Notes under the pieces: model-generated | Database searches by the model: none | Seen by the model: only the letters and a program-made list of their open reading frames with translations | Told to the model about the DNA's origin: nothing | DNA from: Trypanosoma brucei | Lineage: Eukaryota | Length of the DNA stretch: 64,000 nt | Direction of reading: 5' to 3' | Assembly: GCA_000002445.1 (NCBI GenBank) | Contig: CH464491.1 | Coordinates: forward strand, 3,584,001-3,648,000 | Translations under genes and position numbers: made by a program | Shown here: piece by piece, positions 41,673 to 53,000 of the stretch | How positions within the stretch are numbered: the stretch's first letter is position 1 | Layout of the letters: the number at the start of each line of letters is the position of its first letter

Positions 41673-42470
41673 ATGCATAACAGCAGGTCCACCATCGAGA
41701 TGGGCTTTTGCTCTGTTCATCGTCGCAAGCGAGCCAGAGCAGATTTAGTGCCACTGGATAATAACCCCGGGCATATGCGCTGTAAGAACCACAAGGAGTG
41801 CCGCCAGCGAACTGAGGTGGAATTGGTCTTATGCAGTGTGCACAATCGGCGCAGAAGCATCACGCAGATGAAGGAGGTGCGGAAGGGAGTATTCGAGTGC
41901 CTGCCCCAACATACTTGCCGTGGTCAGTTCAACGATTCTGGTATTCAGTCGCCAGCTCCACCTTCTTCCAACGCTAATGCGGTGGCCTCCTCATACGGTA
42001 TACCACAGAGAGGCAGTCGCCCCCAGCAGGGGCCAAGGGAGCATCATCCGGCACCGACGGTAAGCGTGGCGTGGGCGCCAACGTCCAGTCGTTCACGGCA
42101 TGACAACTTAGTGGGCTCGTCAGATTGGGCACAGGTTGACCGTAAGACATGGTGTGCGAGACATGGTAAATTAACATCGCAGTGTGAGCTGGTTAAGGAC
42201 TGCTGCTACGTTTGCTATGACGAGTCAACTTGCCTTTCGACTGCATTAGAGTTGGCGTCAGACCTTATGGCAAAGGGCTGCAAGGAGCTACTGTGTTCGA
42301 AACATAACTCATTGCGCCTTTTGGAATTTCTGGAGAGAACTCCCGATAAACTAGGGTACCAATGTGTTGCTGGTCATCGTTGCCGTGGAACGCTTGACAG
42401 TTGCCGGGAACCAGTCCCGGAGCGTGGAGCTCATCCCACAAGGGATGCCGTATCATCTTTCTTCATTTAA
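41673..42470 (+). CDS. hypothetical Cys/His-rich protein
   Basis: 265-aa ATG ORF preceded by a pyrimidine tract and AG (cttccttccttctttgaag). It has repeated C-x2-H-x-RR-like units (FCSVHRRKRA, LCSVHNRRRS, CARHGKLTSQC, CSKHNSLR) that suggest zinc binding. I cannot assign a family. Confidence 0.55.
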   Translation: MHNSRSTIEMGFCSVHRRKRARADLVPLDNNPGHMRCKNHKECRQRTEVELVLCSVHNRRRSITQMKEVRKGVFECLPQHTCRGQFNDSGIQSPAPPSSNANAVASSYGIPQRGSRPQQGPREHHPAPTVSVAWAPTSSRSRHDNLVGSSDWAQVDRKTWCARHGKLTSQCELVKDCCYVCYDESTCLSTALELASDLMAKGCKELLCSKHNSLRLLEFLERTPDKLGYQCVAGHRCRGTLDSCREPVPERGAHPTRDAVSSFFI

Positions 42471-43517
42471 TCTCCCGGAGGGTTAAGTTTAACGGTGAAT
42501 GGACTGATTGCCTTATTTCTTACTACCCCACATCTTTACCGGCGTGTGTTTCTCGCTCTCTTTCTTCACATGGGGCGCAGTATCATTTTCCAATTGTTTC
42601 TTATGGCGACACTGAACTCTAGCATGTTTTTTTCTTTTCATTGATTGGTTTGTTACCGAAACGGTTGACTGCACCTCTCAGTACCTGCGGTGTTCTGCTG
42701 AAACTCAACCTTCGCAGAAAAATTAGGGTGTGGTACCTGCGGGTTGTGGCCCTGTGGTAGTTCCCCGCATTGGCCGACAAATTGTGGAGGACCATGATCG
42801 GATCGTATGAAGTTATTTGCTATATTTCCGGTGCTGGTCAACGTGGGGACGGAGGGGGCAGGCGATGTTGGCTCTCCCGCTGTCAAATGAAGGTTATGGT
42901 CCGTTGGCGTGGGACAAGCCAAGCCAATTCGGTAGTGTGAGAGCTCCCCTTAACTTCAGCACGAGATTAATGGGAGCAAACGAGCTGTGAATTGAAGTTT
43001 CCTCGAGTATGTACTGCTGGACGCTGGCACGGTTCCGCCTCTCGCTCCTTTCCCCTCTCCTTGTCGTGGGTCGTTCACCGGAGTTTACTGTACTTTGACT
43101 TTGGAATTCCTAAAGAACTTCGCGCACTTCACCAGCGTTTCCTGTGTATGATTAAAGAGGTATGCTCAACACTACGATCAACATTGAAATTCAAGGTTTC
43201 GTTGTTTCCTTTGCTGAGCAGCACTTGCGTATGGCTTCATCGGCGGAACAGTGGGTGGTTCACATCGAGCTATGTCTGGTGCGAGTGCGCGCTAGCATTT
43301 TTTTTGTCCTTTAGTGCCGCTGAAACACGCGGGATACCACCTGATGCTTCAGTAAAGGCAGGTCGTATTTGTGTCACTTTGGCGTTTGCGTGGTGCGTAG
43401 TGCCGAGGTCAGGCAGGCGGACAAGGCGACGGTTCATTCCCATTTTCTTTCTTTGCCCCACTTTGCCCTTTTTAAACATAATCTGCAGTTCCCACTGTTG
43501 AGTTGGATAAACTGAGT

Positions 43518-44087
43518 ATGGTCAACGCGACTCCCGATATGGCAAGGTACTGCTGTGCAGTTATACACAGCAAGTTGCGGGGGGAGAAGACTCCTGAGCC
43601 CCCAGCTAGCATTACAAACGAGCCCAGCCCCATTTTTGTTTCCTTGAAGACTCTGGACGGCGACTTGCGCGGGTGCATTGGCAACTTCTCGGCTGAACCG
43701 TTGCACAAGCAGCTCAGGGACTACGCGGTCGCTGCGGCATTTCAAGATAACAGGTTTCCTTCAGTCACTCTCGCAGAGCTTCCTATGCTCAGTTGTTCGG
43801 TCTGCCTGCTTCACTCGTTTGAGAAGGCCCACAGATGGGACGACTGGGAAATTGGCGTTCATGGGATAAGGATCCGGTACAAGAACTACAGTGCAACGTA
43901 CCTTCCCTCTGTAATGCCCGAGCAAAGGTGGGATCATATTCAGGCAATCCGAAGTCTGATGAGGAAGGCCGGATGCGGAGAAGAGGTTTCAGACGCCATT
44001 CTTAACGAATTGGATGTAACGCGCTATCAGGAAAGCAAGAGTACTGTAGCCTTCAAATCGGCCAACCTTGGTTCACTACCTTGCTGA
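43518..44087 (+). CDS. AMMECR1-domain protein
   Basis: The track ORF starts on TTG at 43503, and the first ATG is at 43518. The conserved AMMECR1 core is LRGCIGNF…, and the length fits. Confidence 0.85.
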   Translation: MVNATPDMARYCCAVIHSKLRGEKTPEPPASITNEPSPIFVSLKTLDGDLRGCIGNFSAEPLHKQLRDYAVAAAFQDNRFPSVTLAELPMLSCSVCLLHSFEKAHRWDDWEIGVHGIRIRYKNYSATYLPSVMPEQRWDHIQAIRSLMRKAGCGEEVSDAILNELDVTRYQESKSTVAFKSANLGSLPC

Positions 44088-44512
44088 GTTATAACTGATT
44101 AGCGTGTTGATGCACTACAGATTGTAGCGGGACTCCGGTTCCGTTCCTTCGTCTTACGTTTGCGCACACAACACTGACTGTGTTGGGGTGTGGGGTTGTA
44201 TATCGGCAGCTTCGTTCCTAAATCTTGGCCACACACCAAGGAAGGGAAACAAAATAGCTGCGTTAAAGTTCTGCGATTTACACTCTCCTTTACTTTTCCC
44301 CTTGTTAGTCTACGTACGCGAGTCCTCAAGAGTACAACATATGCAGAAGCGAGGCACCAGTCGTGCATTAGGGATGCTTTTGATCAAGACGCGACGCGCC
44401 CCATTGTTTCTGACTTGCGAACGTGATTCATTTCCAGCCCACGGCTACACAAAGTTGCCTCTTCACCTTTTCATCACCTTCGTTCTTGATATCACTATAG
44501 TTGTAGGGGCTG

Positions 44513-45997
44513 ATGTCGCGCGATCCGCCAGGGGAAGGGGGTGAGTCGTCGCCCGTCTGTGCCGACATGAGTATAGATAAGTTTTCTATTCTAACTCCAG
44601 AGAAGCAAACCTTCAAGAAGAAAGACCAATCCAAAGTGGACGGCTTTCTTGACAGGATGCGCCAAAGGATTCATTGCACCTTTTGTGGTGGCGCGAAGTG
44701 CAAGCACGAGAATTGGGAATCCTTGAAGGAGAAGCGATACAAGACGGCAATCGAGGGACTGATATCAAGTTGGGTGGGAGACGATGTAATTGCAAGCCAA
44801 AGGCCGTCAACATCTCTCTTCAGAAAGTATTCGCTTATTGAGCAGTTTCGAGAAAAACGAATCACCGGTGTGTTAAATTTGCAGGAGAAAGGTGAACACG
44901 CGAGTTGCGGTCCCGACGGTATCTACGCATCGACAGGATATAGCTACAGCGGTGAGCAAGACCTTATGAGGCACCAGATTAGTTACTACGAATTCCCTTG
45001 GCCTGATATGACGGCCCCGAAACAGGACATTGTACTACGTAGTGTCCAAGTAATGGATTCTCATGTTAAGAAATCGGGGAAGGTGCTGGTCCATTGCCAC
45101 GCCGGTTTGGGTCGCACCGGTCTGATGATAGCTTGCTATCTGCTTTATGCACAGAAGATGCCAAGCGCGGATGTAATCGAACTCGTACGGCAAATGCGGC
45201 CGGGTGCGATACAAACGTCGAGGCAGGTGAAATTTATACACGACTTTGAGTCGCACCTGTGGAGGCTCTCACACACGTTTCGTGTTGAGGTATCTGAATC
45301 CGCTTTAGATATTGATTTGTTCTTGAAAAAGCAGCGGCTGCTCCTGCATGGAGACCATGCAGATTCTTATCGTTTTATCCCGATGACAATCCACCTTATT
45401 TTGTGTCAGTTGTTAAACCTCACAAAGGCGAATCCTTCTAACTCGGAGCTGTCCGTTAAATCTCTTGGCTCTGGCAGACTACCGGAAGGATCAGCATTAA
45501 ATGACGTACGACGCTCCATCAACCGACGTACTTTTGATGCAACATCGGTGAATGATGTCAAGCTTCTTAGTTACTTAGTGTGGGATTGGTTCAAGTCCCT
45601 CTCATTCCCGGTCTTAACACCTGATGAAGCTTCCGCAATCGTTGCCTACATGCGCCAACCACCCGGGGAGCGGATCGCACTGCCAACGTTTATAAGGACA
45701 ACCTTGAGGTTGTCCGTTGTTCAGACACTCGGGATGGTCTTGTCAGCATATCACATCATTTGTCTTAACATAAAGGAATCTCTGAAAGTGAGGGCACTAC
45801 GATGCCTCACGGACTCATTCACCACCGTGCGTGATGGTGTCACAGTAAGAGGAGAGCCAGGAACGTTTGGACTTCTTTATGAATTCTTTGTAGACTGGGC
45901 TAGGTTGGATCAAGGTGGATGCTTTGATCTTGGCGGAGCTGGCTACCAAGACCATACAATTAGTGGGATCGCGGAAGAGTCTGCAGATGTGCTCTGA
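44513..45997 (+). CDS. protein tyrosine phosphatase, PTPDC1-like (CX5R active site)
   Basis: IASQRPSTSLFRKYSLIEQFREKRITGVLNLQEKGEHASCG and VLVHCHAGLGRTGLMIACYLLYAQKMPSADVIELVRQMRPGAIQTSRQV align closely to PTPDC1-family phosphatases. HCxAGxGRT is the catalytic loop. Confidence 0.85.
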   Translation: MSRDPPGEGGESSPVCADMSIDKFSILTPEKQTFKKKDQSKVDGFLDRMRQRIHCTFCGGAKCKHENWESLKEKRYKTAIEGLISSWVGDDVIASQRPSTSLFRKYSLIEQFREKRITGVLNLQEKGEHASCGPDGIYASTGYSYSGEQDLMRHQISYYEFPWPDMTAPKQDIVLRSVQVMDSHVKKSGKVLVHCHAGLGRTGLMIACYLLYAQKMPSADVIELVRQMRPGAIQTSRQVKFIHDFESHLWRLSHTFRVEVSESALDIDLFLKKQRLLLHGDHADSYRFIPMTIHLILCQLLNLTKANPSNSELSVKSLGSGRLPEGSALNDVRRSINRRTFDATSVNDVKLLSYLVWDWFKSLSFPVLTPDEASAIVAYMRQPPGERIALPTFIRTTLRLSVVQTLGMVLSAYHIICLNIKESLKVRALRCLTDSFTTVRDGVTVRGEPGTFGLLYEFFVDWARLDQGGCFDLGGAGYQDHTISGIAEESADVL

Positions 45998-47038
45998 GGT
46001 TCTTTTCCATCCCTCTCATTTTTTTCAAACAGACAGCGATCCGTTGTACCTATTTACGATTGTGCGTCCGTGCCTACCTTAAGGTGAATATGTGCTGCGT
46101 TGAGACCGGATATTTTACCGTGTAAAGTACTTTCAAACTACAGATTCTCTAAGTGGCTGTGCTAACACGACGAGAGGGTTGCCACCGGCGGCTGAGGACG
46201 GCTGATGAAAAAGGAAGATCGAGTGGAGGGCAATAGTGCTCGGTTCCCTCGCCCTCGGAGACAACGTCGTGTCCTCCTCTAGTATGGTTTTCCCTCTCTT
46301 TCAGTACCCTTTAAGCAAATTCTATATGTAACACCTATAGATAAATAAAGTGTGCGAGTTCATCTGGCGTTACCTCTGCGATTTGCGTTATTGCGATTCT
46401 TCGGATAGACAAATGTATTGCCTTGAATACAGTGTATTGGCATCCCGTGGGGGTCCAAGCTGACCTTCTACTCCAATTCTTCTTTGTAGTGTTGCAACTG
46501 TAAAAAAAGCAAAAAAATGTTTTGTATTTTGCCTGCTGTCCGACTCCACCATGTTGTGGGGGCGGCATTCCCTCCGCACCAGCATCTTCTTCGGTTGTTG
46601 AGGGTTCACTGTCCGGTGCTTTCGCTTTGCGTTCGTTTTGAGGATTACTTCTTAGCGGCCTGCATTGTTTTCCTCATTCCTGATCTCCCGTTGTTCTACC
46701 CGCTTTTCTTTTCTTACCATTGTGTATGTTTTTTTCTTTTCTTTTTTGTTCCTCGTGTAATCCCCATTTTCTTATTTCTTTATTATTACTACTTAGGGGT
46801 AAACCGTGGCCTATGTACTGAGCTTTTCCACTGATAACGGGCACTTACCTGTGCTCACCGTTGCATTGGGCGGACTTATGTGCGTATTTCATATTTATGC
46901 GTTTTTGTTTATTTGCATGCAATTGGTATTGATGTTGAATTATACCCCTCTTTTATGGTCGGTTTTCGTTTCCCCTCTGCCAATAAGTGTGCATTTTCCC
47001 CCTTTCTTTAACTTGCCTATCGTTTTGTGTAGGGAGCT

Positions 47039-47845
47039 ATGCTTAGGCGTGTCCCGAGGGTCTTGCAGAAGGGTGAAAGGGGACTTTACTTTCCCATCAA
47101 TCATCGTATAGTTGACCACAGAATTGCACCTGGTGTGACTGTAGAAGAGACAGATGTGCAGTCCCGTTACAGGCGGGAGCTGCGCACAAATTTTGCAACG
47201 GGCGAGACACGGCAAACGATAGCACCTCCGTGGAGTGCCCGCGAACGGCCAACGCATTTTTTTTCGCTTCGGCTCCCTTCTAGGAACTCTGTAACCCTGC
47301 GAGTAAAGGAAATGCATAACCATTTACTTTTTTCTCACCAGCAATGTGCACCGATGCTGGTTTCCCCAACGAAGTTGCACATTACATTGGGAGTGATGAC
47401 GATTCCCGAGAATTCTCGGGAAGAACTTGTGAAAAATATCCAGCAGTCAATGTCTGAGACCTTTGCATGCGTCCAACCGCTGCAACTTCGTTTCAGGGGG
47501 CTCGGGACGTTTGACTTCGGTCGCGTTTTATTTATTCGCGTTGTGCCTGAGGCAGACTTTGGGAGGCTGGAACGTGCTGTTTGCGATATTAGGAGGCGTG
47601 TGGGTGGTGTTTTGGGAGTCGACTTGAAGGGAAATCCTCATGACTCCTACGTTCCACACGTGACGGTGGCGAAGATACGCCCCAATCAACGGCAACAACT
47701 TGGAGACACAATACCTCAGTCATTGTGGGCTGACTACCAGCACCATGATTTTGGTGATGTGACTTTATCGACGGTGGACCTCTGCCGTATGAAGGGTTCA
47801 CCGGATGGTTATTATCACACCGAGGGCGCTGTGCACTTATCGTAG
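47039..47845 (+). CDS. 2H phosphoesterase superfamily protein (LigT/AKAP7-CPDase-like)
   Basis: It has two H-x-T/S-x motifs at the expected spacing (KLHITLGV and VPHVTVAK). THFFSLRL is an N-terminal beta strand typical of the fold. Confidence 0.7.
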   Translation: MLRRVPRVLQKGERGLYFPINHRIVDHRIAPGVTVEETDVQSRYRRELRTNFATGETRQTIAPPWSARERPTHFFSLRLPSRNSVTLRVKEMHNHLLFSHQQCAPMLVSPTKLHITLGVMTIPENSREELVKNIQQSMSETFACVQPLQLRFRGLGTFDFGRVLFIRVVPEADFGRLERAVCDIRRRVGGVLGVDLKGNPHDSYVPHVTVAKIRPNQRQQLGDTIPQSLWADYQHHDFGDVTLSTVDLCRMKGSPDGYYHTEGAVHLS

Positions 47846-48133
47846 TTGGTGGTTTTGTGTGCGTGTACACACATTCCCATATATTTGTGGAAAGAATTGC
47901 CTGGGACCGATGGACAAACTCATATCACGCGCTTCTCATTTGCTGCCACCATTGTCAGCGTTGTTTCCACCTTTGTTCTAAAGGTTGGTTTGGGATATCG
48001 CAATTTTTAAAAATGAATTTCACTTAGTGCGCGTTTGTGCTTTCCCTCCTTTCTCATGTGTTTCTTTACGCCTTACTTTCTTTTCACAACGCATCACAGA
48101 CCAACAAGTGCACAAAGTGGGTAATTAGTAGGG

Positions 48134-48694
48134 ATGGAAGGGCCCAAGTTAAAGGGCGCGGCGAGATGTGCGGCAGTGGAGAAGGTTGAGTCTAAAACAC
48201 AACTGTCAATAGCCATATCTGAGAAGCATAAGGCACAACTGCGAGAGGCGTTTGATTTCTTTGACTCAGACGGTACTGGCCGCATCAATGCGCAGGATGT
48301 TAAAGTTGCTTTTTGCGCTCTTGGCTATGAGGTGGGGAAGGAGGAGTTAACTCACCTCCTTCGACAGGTTGGCGCGTCCACTACTGGAGTGATTGACTTC
48401 AATGATTTTTACAGCGTTATTATCGCGAAAATAATGCAACGTGAAAATCGTTCTGAGGCTATACGTGCCTTCAAATTAATAGATACAGGTGAGAAGGGGT
48501 ATATAAATGTAGATGATCTTCGTCCCATCGCTGCCTCGCTACAAATGAACTTGACAGATGATGAATTGGCGGAGATGGTTCTCTTCGCACATCCTTCTGC
48601 AACGTACAGTAAAGCTGACACGGAAATGAAGGACCCTCTCACAGTGAGCGAGGAGGAGTTCCTGAAGCTAATGAATCGAGCCCATGTGTACTAA
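48134..48694 (+). CDS. centrin/caltractin-like EF-hand protein
   Basis: There are four EF-hand-like segments. The first and third, DSDGTGRINAQD and DTGEKGYINVDD, are canonical Ca-binding loops. It has a centrin-like basic N-terminal extension. Confidence 0.85.
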   Translation: MEGPKLKGAARCAAVEKVESKTQLSIAISEKHKAQLREAFDFFDSDGTGRINAQDVKVAFCALGYEVGKEELTHLLRQVGASTTGVIDFNDFYSVIIAKIMQRENRSEAIRAFKLIDTGEKGYINVDDLRPIAASLQMNLTDDELAEMVLFAHPSATYSKADTEMKDPLTVSEEEFLKLMNRAHVY

Positions 48695-48926
48695 AAAAAA
48701 AAGAAGACTGTAACAACACTACCTCTTTGACCTATCCATGTATAAAATATATCATTCAAATATGTGCGTCAAAGTCACAGCTATGGCAATATTTATAAAT
48801 GCAGCCGCTCTTTCTGCGTGATAGGGGAGGGGATATGCGGGTTTTTCCCTATTTTTTGTCGTTTAGTGTGTGCTAGTTAGGGTGTGGGGCGTTTTGTATC
48901 GTGTTGCATGAACGTGACTGCATAAA

Positions 48927-49724
48927 ATGTCCGTTGTTGGTGTCTCTTCCTATTTTCTCTGGACCCAAAAGGGGAATACCGTGCTGCCGTTGGTTCGCGG
49001 TAGCGGGTTTCTGGTTCCCTTTCAGAAACTTAACGGTTTTTATAAGTACCATGTGCTGAGCGCGGCGCATGTAACTTGCCCCGTTAGATACCGGCAGGTG
49101 TACGGCAATACGGTTGGGCTGCGGGCAATCGGGGAGCGACACGTAAGCACGCGACTGTTGAAACTGGGCGCCGGTCCCGCGCTGGAAGCATCGATTGATA
49201 TGGAGTTTACACAGAATTATCTTCCTAACGTGGATGTATCGTCCCTCAGATGCAAGGACGAGAAGCAGATGAACGAACTGGGTCTAGAGGCAGTTAAGCT
49301 GGACATGGATCCAATTGAAGACGGGACGGAGCTCATATTCCGGGGAGTAGAAGCGTCGGAGGAGAGGAGCAATCCCAACGATGACGGCCTTCGTCTCTCA
49401 GAGGTTTCCATTCCTGGGGAATGCAAGGCAGCATTTGTGTCAACTGATTACGGTACAGTGGTTCTTGCTTCTTTAAAGTCAGCGCTCTCGCTTAGTATGT
49501 GTGGCGGGCCTGTCATACGCAAATCCAGTGGTGGTTGTGTTGGTGTGATCGTTGCGAAGGCGATGTGTAGTGCTCCCCCGCGTGATCCGCATGTGCGTTC
49601 ACTCTACGAGGACCCATGGTTGGATTTGTCGGAGCACAAGGATCTTCGGGGGTTGGGGGAACTGAGCGCGGCCTTTGTTCCTGTATGTGAATTTTACGGC
49701 CCGCTCCGGCGGTGTGAAATGTGA
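48927..49724 (+). CDS. Trypsin-fold (PA clan) protein with Cys at the nucleophile position. It is an HtrA/S1C-like degenerate or Cys-type peptidase.
   Basis: GSGFLV…HVLSAAHV matches the His-motif strand of S1C peptidases. LSMCGGPVI aligns with GNSGGP, with Cys in place of the catalytic Ser. Confidence 0.5.
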   Translation: MSVVGVSSYFLWTQKGNTVLPLVRGSGFLVPFQKLNGFYKYHVLSAAHVTCPVRYRQVYGNTVGLRAIGERHVSTRLLKLGAGPALEASIDMEFTQNYLPNVDVSSLRCKDEKQMNELGLEAVKLDMDPIEDGTELIFRGVEASEERSNPNDDGLRLSEVSIPGECKAAFVSTDYGTVVLASLKSALSLSMCGGPVIRKSSGGCVGVIVAKAMCSAPPRDPHVRSLYEDPWLDLSEHKDLRGLGELSAAFVPVCEFYGPLRRCEM

Positions 49725-50033
49725 AAAACACAAAGAATCCCCTCTTAGTGCGGTCGTGCCTCATTTCTCTAGTTTCTGTCGCGCTGGCGTCGCGACGCTT
49801 CGGGTGCATGGTTGGGTAAGATCATTTTTTTTCTTTCCAAATGACGGTGCTGCCTTGATTACTCTGGTGACACAAATAATCGTCTACCTTTCTCTCCCAT
49901 TTCCCCCCATTCATTTCGTGTCTGTTACTCCTCTCGTTGTTCGTTTTATTGTGTAATGGGTTCAAGTGTTACTGTCTGTTGTCTCGTGGAAGTTAGCATT
50001 TGTAGGGTCGGCTCATTCAGGAGTGGGTTTAAC

Positions 50034-53000
50034 ATGTCTAAGAAACACCAAGGGGCGGAGAACATTCGGGTGGTTATTCGCTGCCGTAATCTGTTGGGAT
50101 TTGAAACAGAGAGGGGTGACAAGGCCCTTGTGCGGCTTGATCTTGCTACTAACCAGGTTATCGTGCAGCATCCAATTGGTGACGCTGATGTTTTTGCATT
50201 TGATGCCGTATATAACAACACTTACACCCAGCGTGATCTCTTTCTGCAGGAGGTGCAGCCGCTTGTTGAAGCGGTTTTGCAAGGGTATAACGCAACGGTC
50301 TTTGCTTATGGACAGTCTGGCTCCGGTAAGACACACACAATGACTGGTAAACTGAATGATCAGGAAATGTGGGGTATGATGCCGCAGGTTGTAAATCACC
50401 TCTTCAACGAGATCAAGAAACTTACGTCAGCAACAAGAACGTACAAAGTAAAGGTCTCTTATATAGAATTGTATAACGGCAAATCGCGCGACCTCCTTTC
50501 AGCTAAACAGGGTAATCTTGAGATTAAACAGAATATGGCGAAAAACTTCTACGTCAAGGGTGCGGAGATGCCGGAGGTGACGAACTTTGGTGAGGCTCTT
50601 CGTTGGTTTAACGCTGGAACGGATCGTCGACAGACCGCATCAACGGACCTTAACGATAATAGCAGTCGATCGCACTCGCTATTTACCCTCCAGGTGGAAC
50701 AGTTTGACTTTGAACAGGATCCCAGCGCACCGATAGTTCTCACGAGCAAAATTAACCTCGTGGACCTTGCTGGGTCGGAGAAGCTAAGTAAGACAAACGC
50801 TACCGGAGAAACCGCAAAGGAGGGTTGCAACATTAACTTGTCACTTTCTGCGCTGGCAACTGTCATCGACACTATTGTGAAGGGAGGCAAGCACATTCCC
50901 TACCGTGGATCGCCCTTGACGATGCTCCTGAAGGACTCGTTAGGTGGAAACGCGAAGACTGTTATGTTTGCTAACATTGGTCCTTCGGACAAGAATATTT
51001 CCGAAACTATATCCACTCTTAGATTTGCTCTTCGAGCGAAGGAGATCGAGAACAAACCTATCAAGAACTTGGACCCAAAGGATGCACGCATCCAAGACTT
51101 ACTTGACCAAATTGCAGATCTGAAGAGTCGCATGGGAGATGTTGATCTCAACAAAGAGGACCAACTTAAACAGCGCATAGAGGAACTAGAGATTGAAAAT
51201 GCGGATCTCCGTGGGGGTAGTGACAAGAACAATCTCGAACTTGAAGAAAATTGCCGGAACCTTCAGGCACAATTGGAGAAAGTAAATGAAGCGCTTGTAG
51301 AGAAGCAGAAAGAGGTTGCGAAGGAGGTAGACGCCCGTGCGATGGTGGAGTGGAATCTTCAAAATGAAACGAGCCATGTTCAGGACTTGCGCTCTGTTGC
51401 TATTAATTTTATCAGGCGGGTCTGTTCAGAGAGTCAGTTGAAAGATATACGCGCCAAAATGCCCCAGGATGGTTCGTATAACGTTAAGGACGAAACATGG
51501 GACGTGAAAGAGATACGGTTCTGCCTTGACGAGTTCACTGCAATGTACGAATCAATGAGAACATCGTCGTACACGCGGGAGGACTTGGAGCAATACGCAC
51601 AGAAGGCAGCGGTGAGCCTCCAAGAACAGGCACAGCGGCAACTCCATGAGGCTGTGCGCTCCCGTGATGAGTTGGCGCGGCAGCGCCAGGAGGACTCTGC
51701 TAAGCGGGCTGCTGAAAGTGAGTTACTCTCGCAGCTGAAGGTGGAGGTTAATTCTCTCAAGGATGAAAACGCGAAGTTGCGCGATAAGATTGAGCGCGAT
51801 CAGGAACGGATTAAAGCCAAGGTGGCTAAGAGTAAAGAGGAATATAAGACAGTGGCGGAGCAGTTGGAGCGCACCAAGTCCGTGGTAACAGAGAAGGAGA
51901 GGGACATAGAGCGGTTGAAGAAGATGCTCGAAGAAAGTGGTAGCAGCACGCCGGGAAACACGCAGTCAGCGTGGGCTACCAGCGAGGAACGCGCCAATCT
52001 CTTGCGAATGTTGGAGGAGGAGAAAAATGCAAGGAAGGATTTAGAGTCGTGTGTGAGGGAGACGAACGTTTCGCTTCGTCGGTACGGTGTGTGTATCAGC
52101 CAGTCCAAAGCTCCTGCAACTAGTGAGGGTGAATCCGCTGCCGAGAATGCCGAAGCCTTCATTCTCCAGGCTGCATCTGAAGAGCCTATTGACGGTGACC
52201 TCTATTCTCAGTTCCAGCAGCAGATACGAGTGATGCAGCGCCTGACACAACTTCGTCACCAGCAGCAGAAGAAACTAGGCGATATGGTAAAGAAATACGA
52301 GCTCCTCAAGACAGGAAAGGTAACCTCGAATCACGTCGCCCCGCCCGGAGCTGCGGCGCAAGGGGGTGGTGTGGATGAAACAACGGCTCAGCAAATCAAA
52401 GAGTTACTGCGGAAGAAAGATGATGAAATTGAACGGATAACACAAGAAAAGGAGAAGACCTGTGATAAGATTGTGAAAAAACTGAACAAAAGTGAAATGA
52501 AAATAAGGGAGTTGGAGACAGCACTCGAAGAGGAACGTGCACAATTTACAGAGGAGCGTCAGGTGCTGGATAGTGAGAATCAGGAACTTCAGAAATTCAA
52601 CCAGCAGCTGTCCGTAGAAGTGGAGATGCTTCGTGCTCAGCTGAATGTTGTTAAGGAGGAGATGTCCTCTTTGGAGCGAGCGAAGGCGGCTGAGTTGGAG
52701 CGGTGGAAAGAGGAGGAAGAGGACTACAACACGCGGATTAATGAAATGCGTTCCAGCATGTCTGCGTACGATGAGCTGCAAAAGAGCTATGATCGCTTGC
52801 AGCAGCAACTCCAGCACGCGGAGGCTGCACTGAAAGAGAAGACTGACAATCTCGAAAATAATAGGCAGATTATTAAGTGGTCGAATTCCCTCCTTTCTGC
52901 GGAGAAGGAGAAGGTGGAGCAAATGGAAATGATGATGAAGCGACAGGAGGAGGAGATGCGCCGGCATGAGGAGCAACTTCGCTCTGAAATGGTGGATGAG

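Noticed and set aside
42992-43501. 169-aa plus-strand ORF just upstream of AMMECR1.
   Set aside because: It starts on TTG. The first in-frame ATG leaves ~117 aa of hydrophobic, Cys-rich, low-complexity sequence that overlaps the AMMECR1 pyrimidine tract. It is probably UTR.
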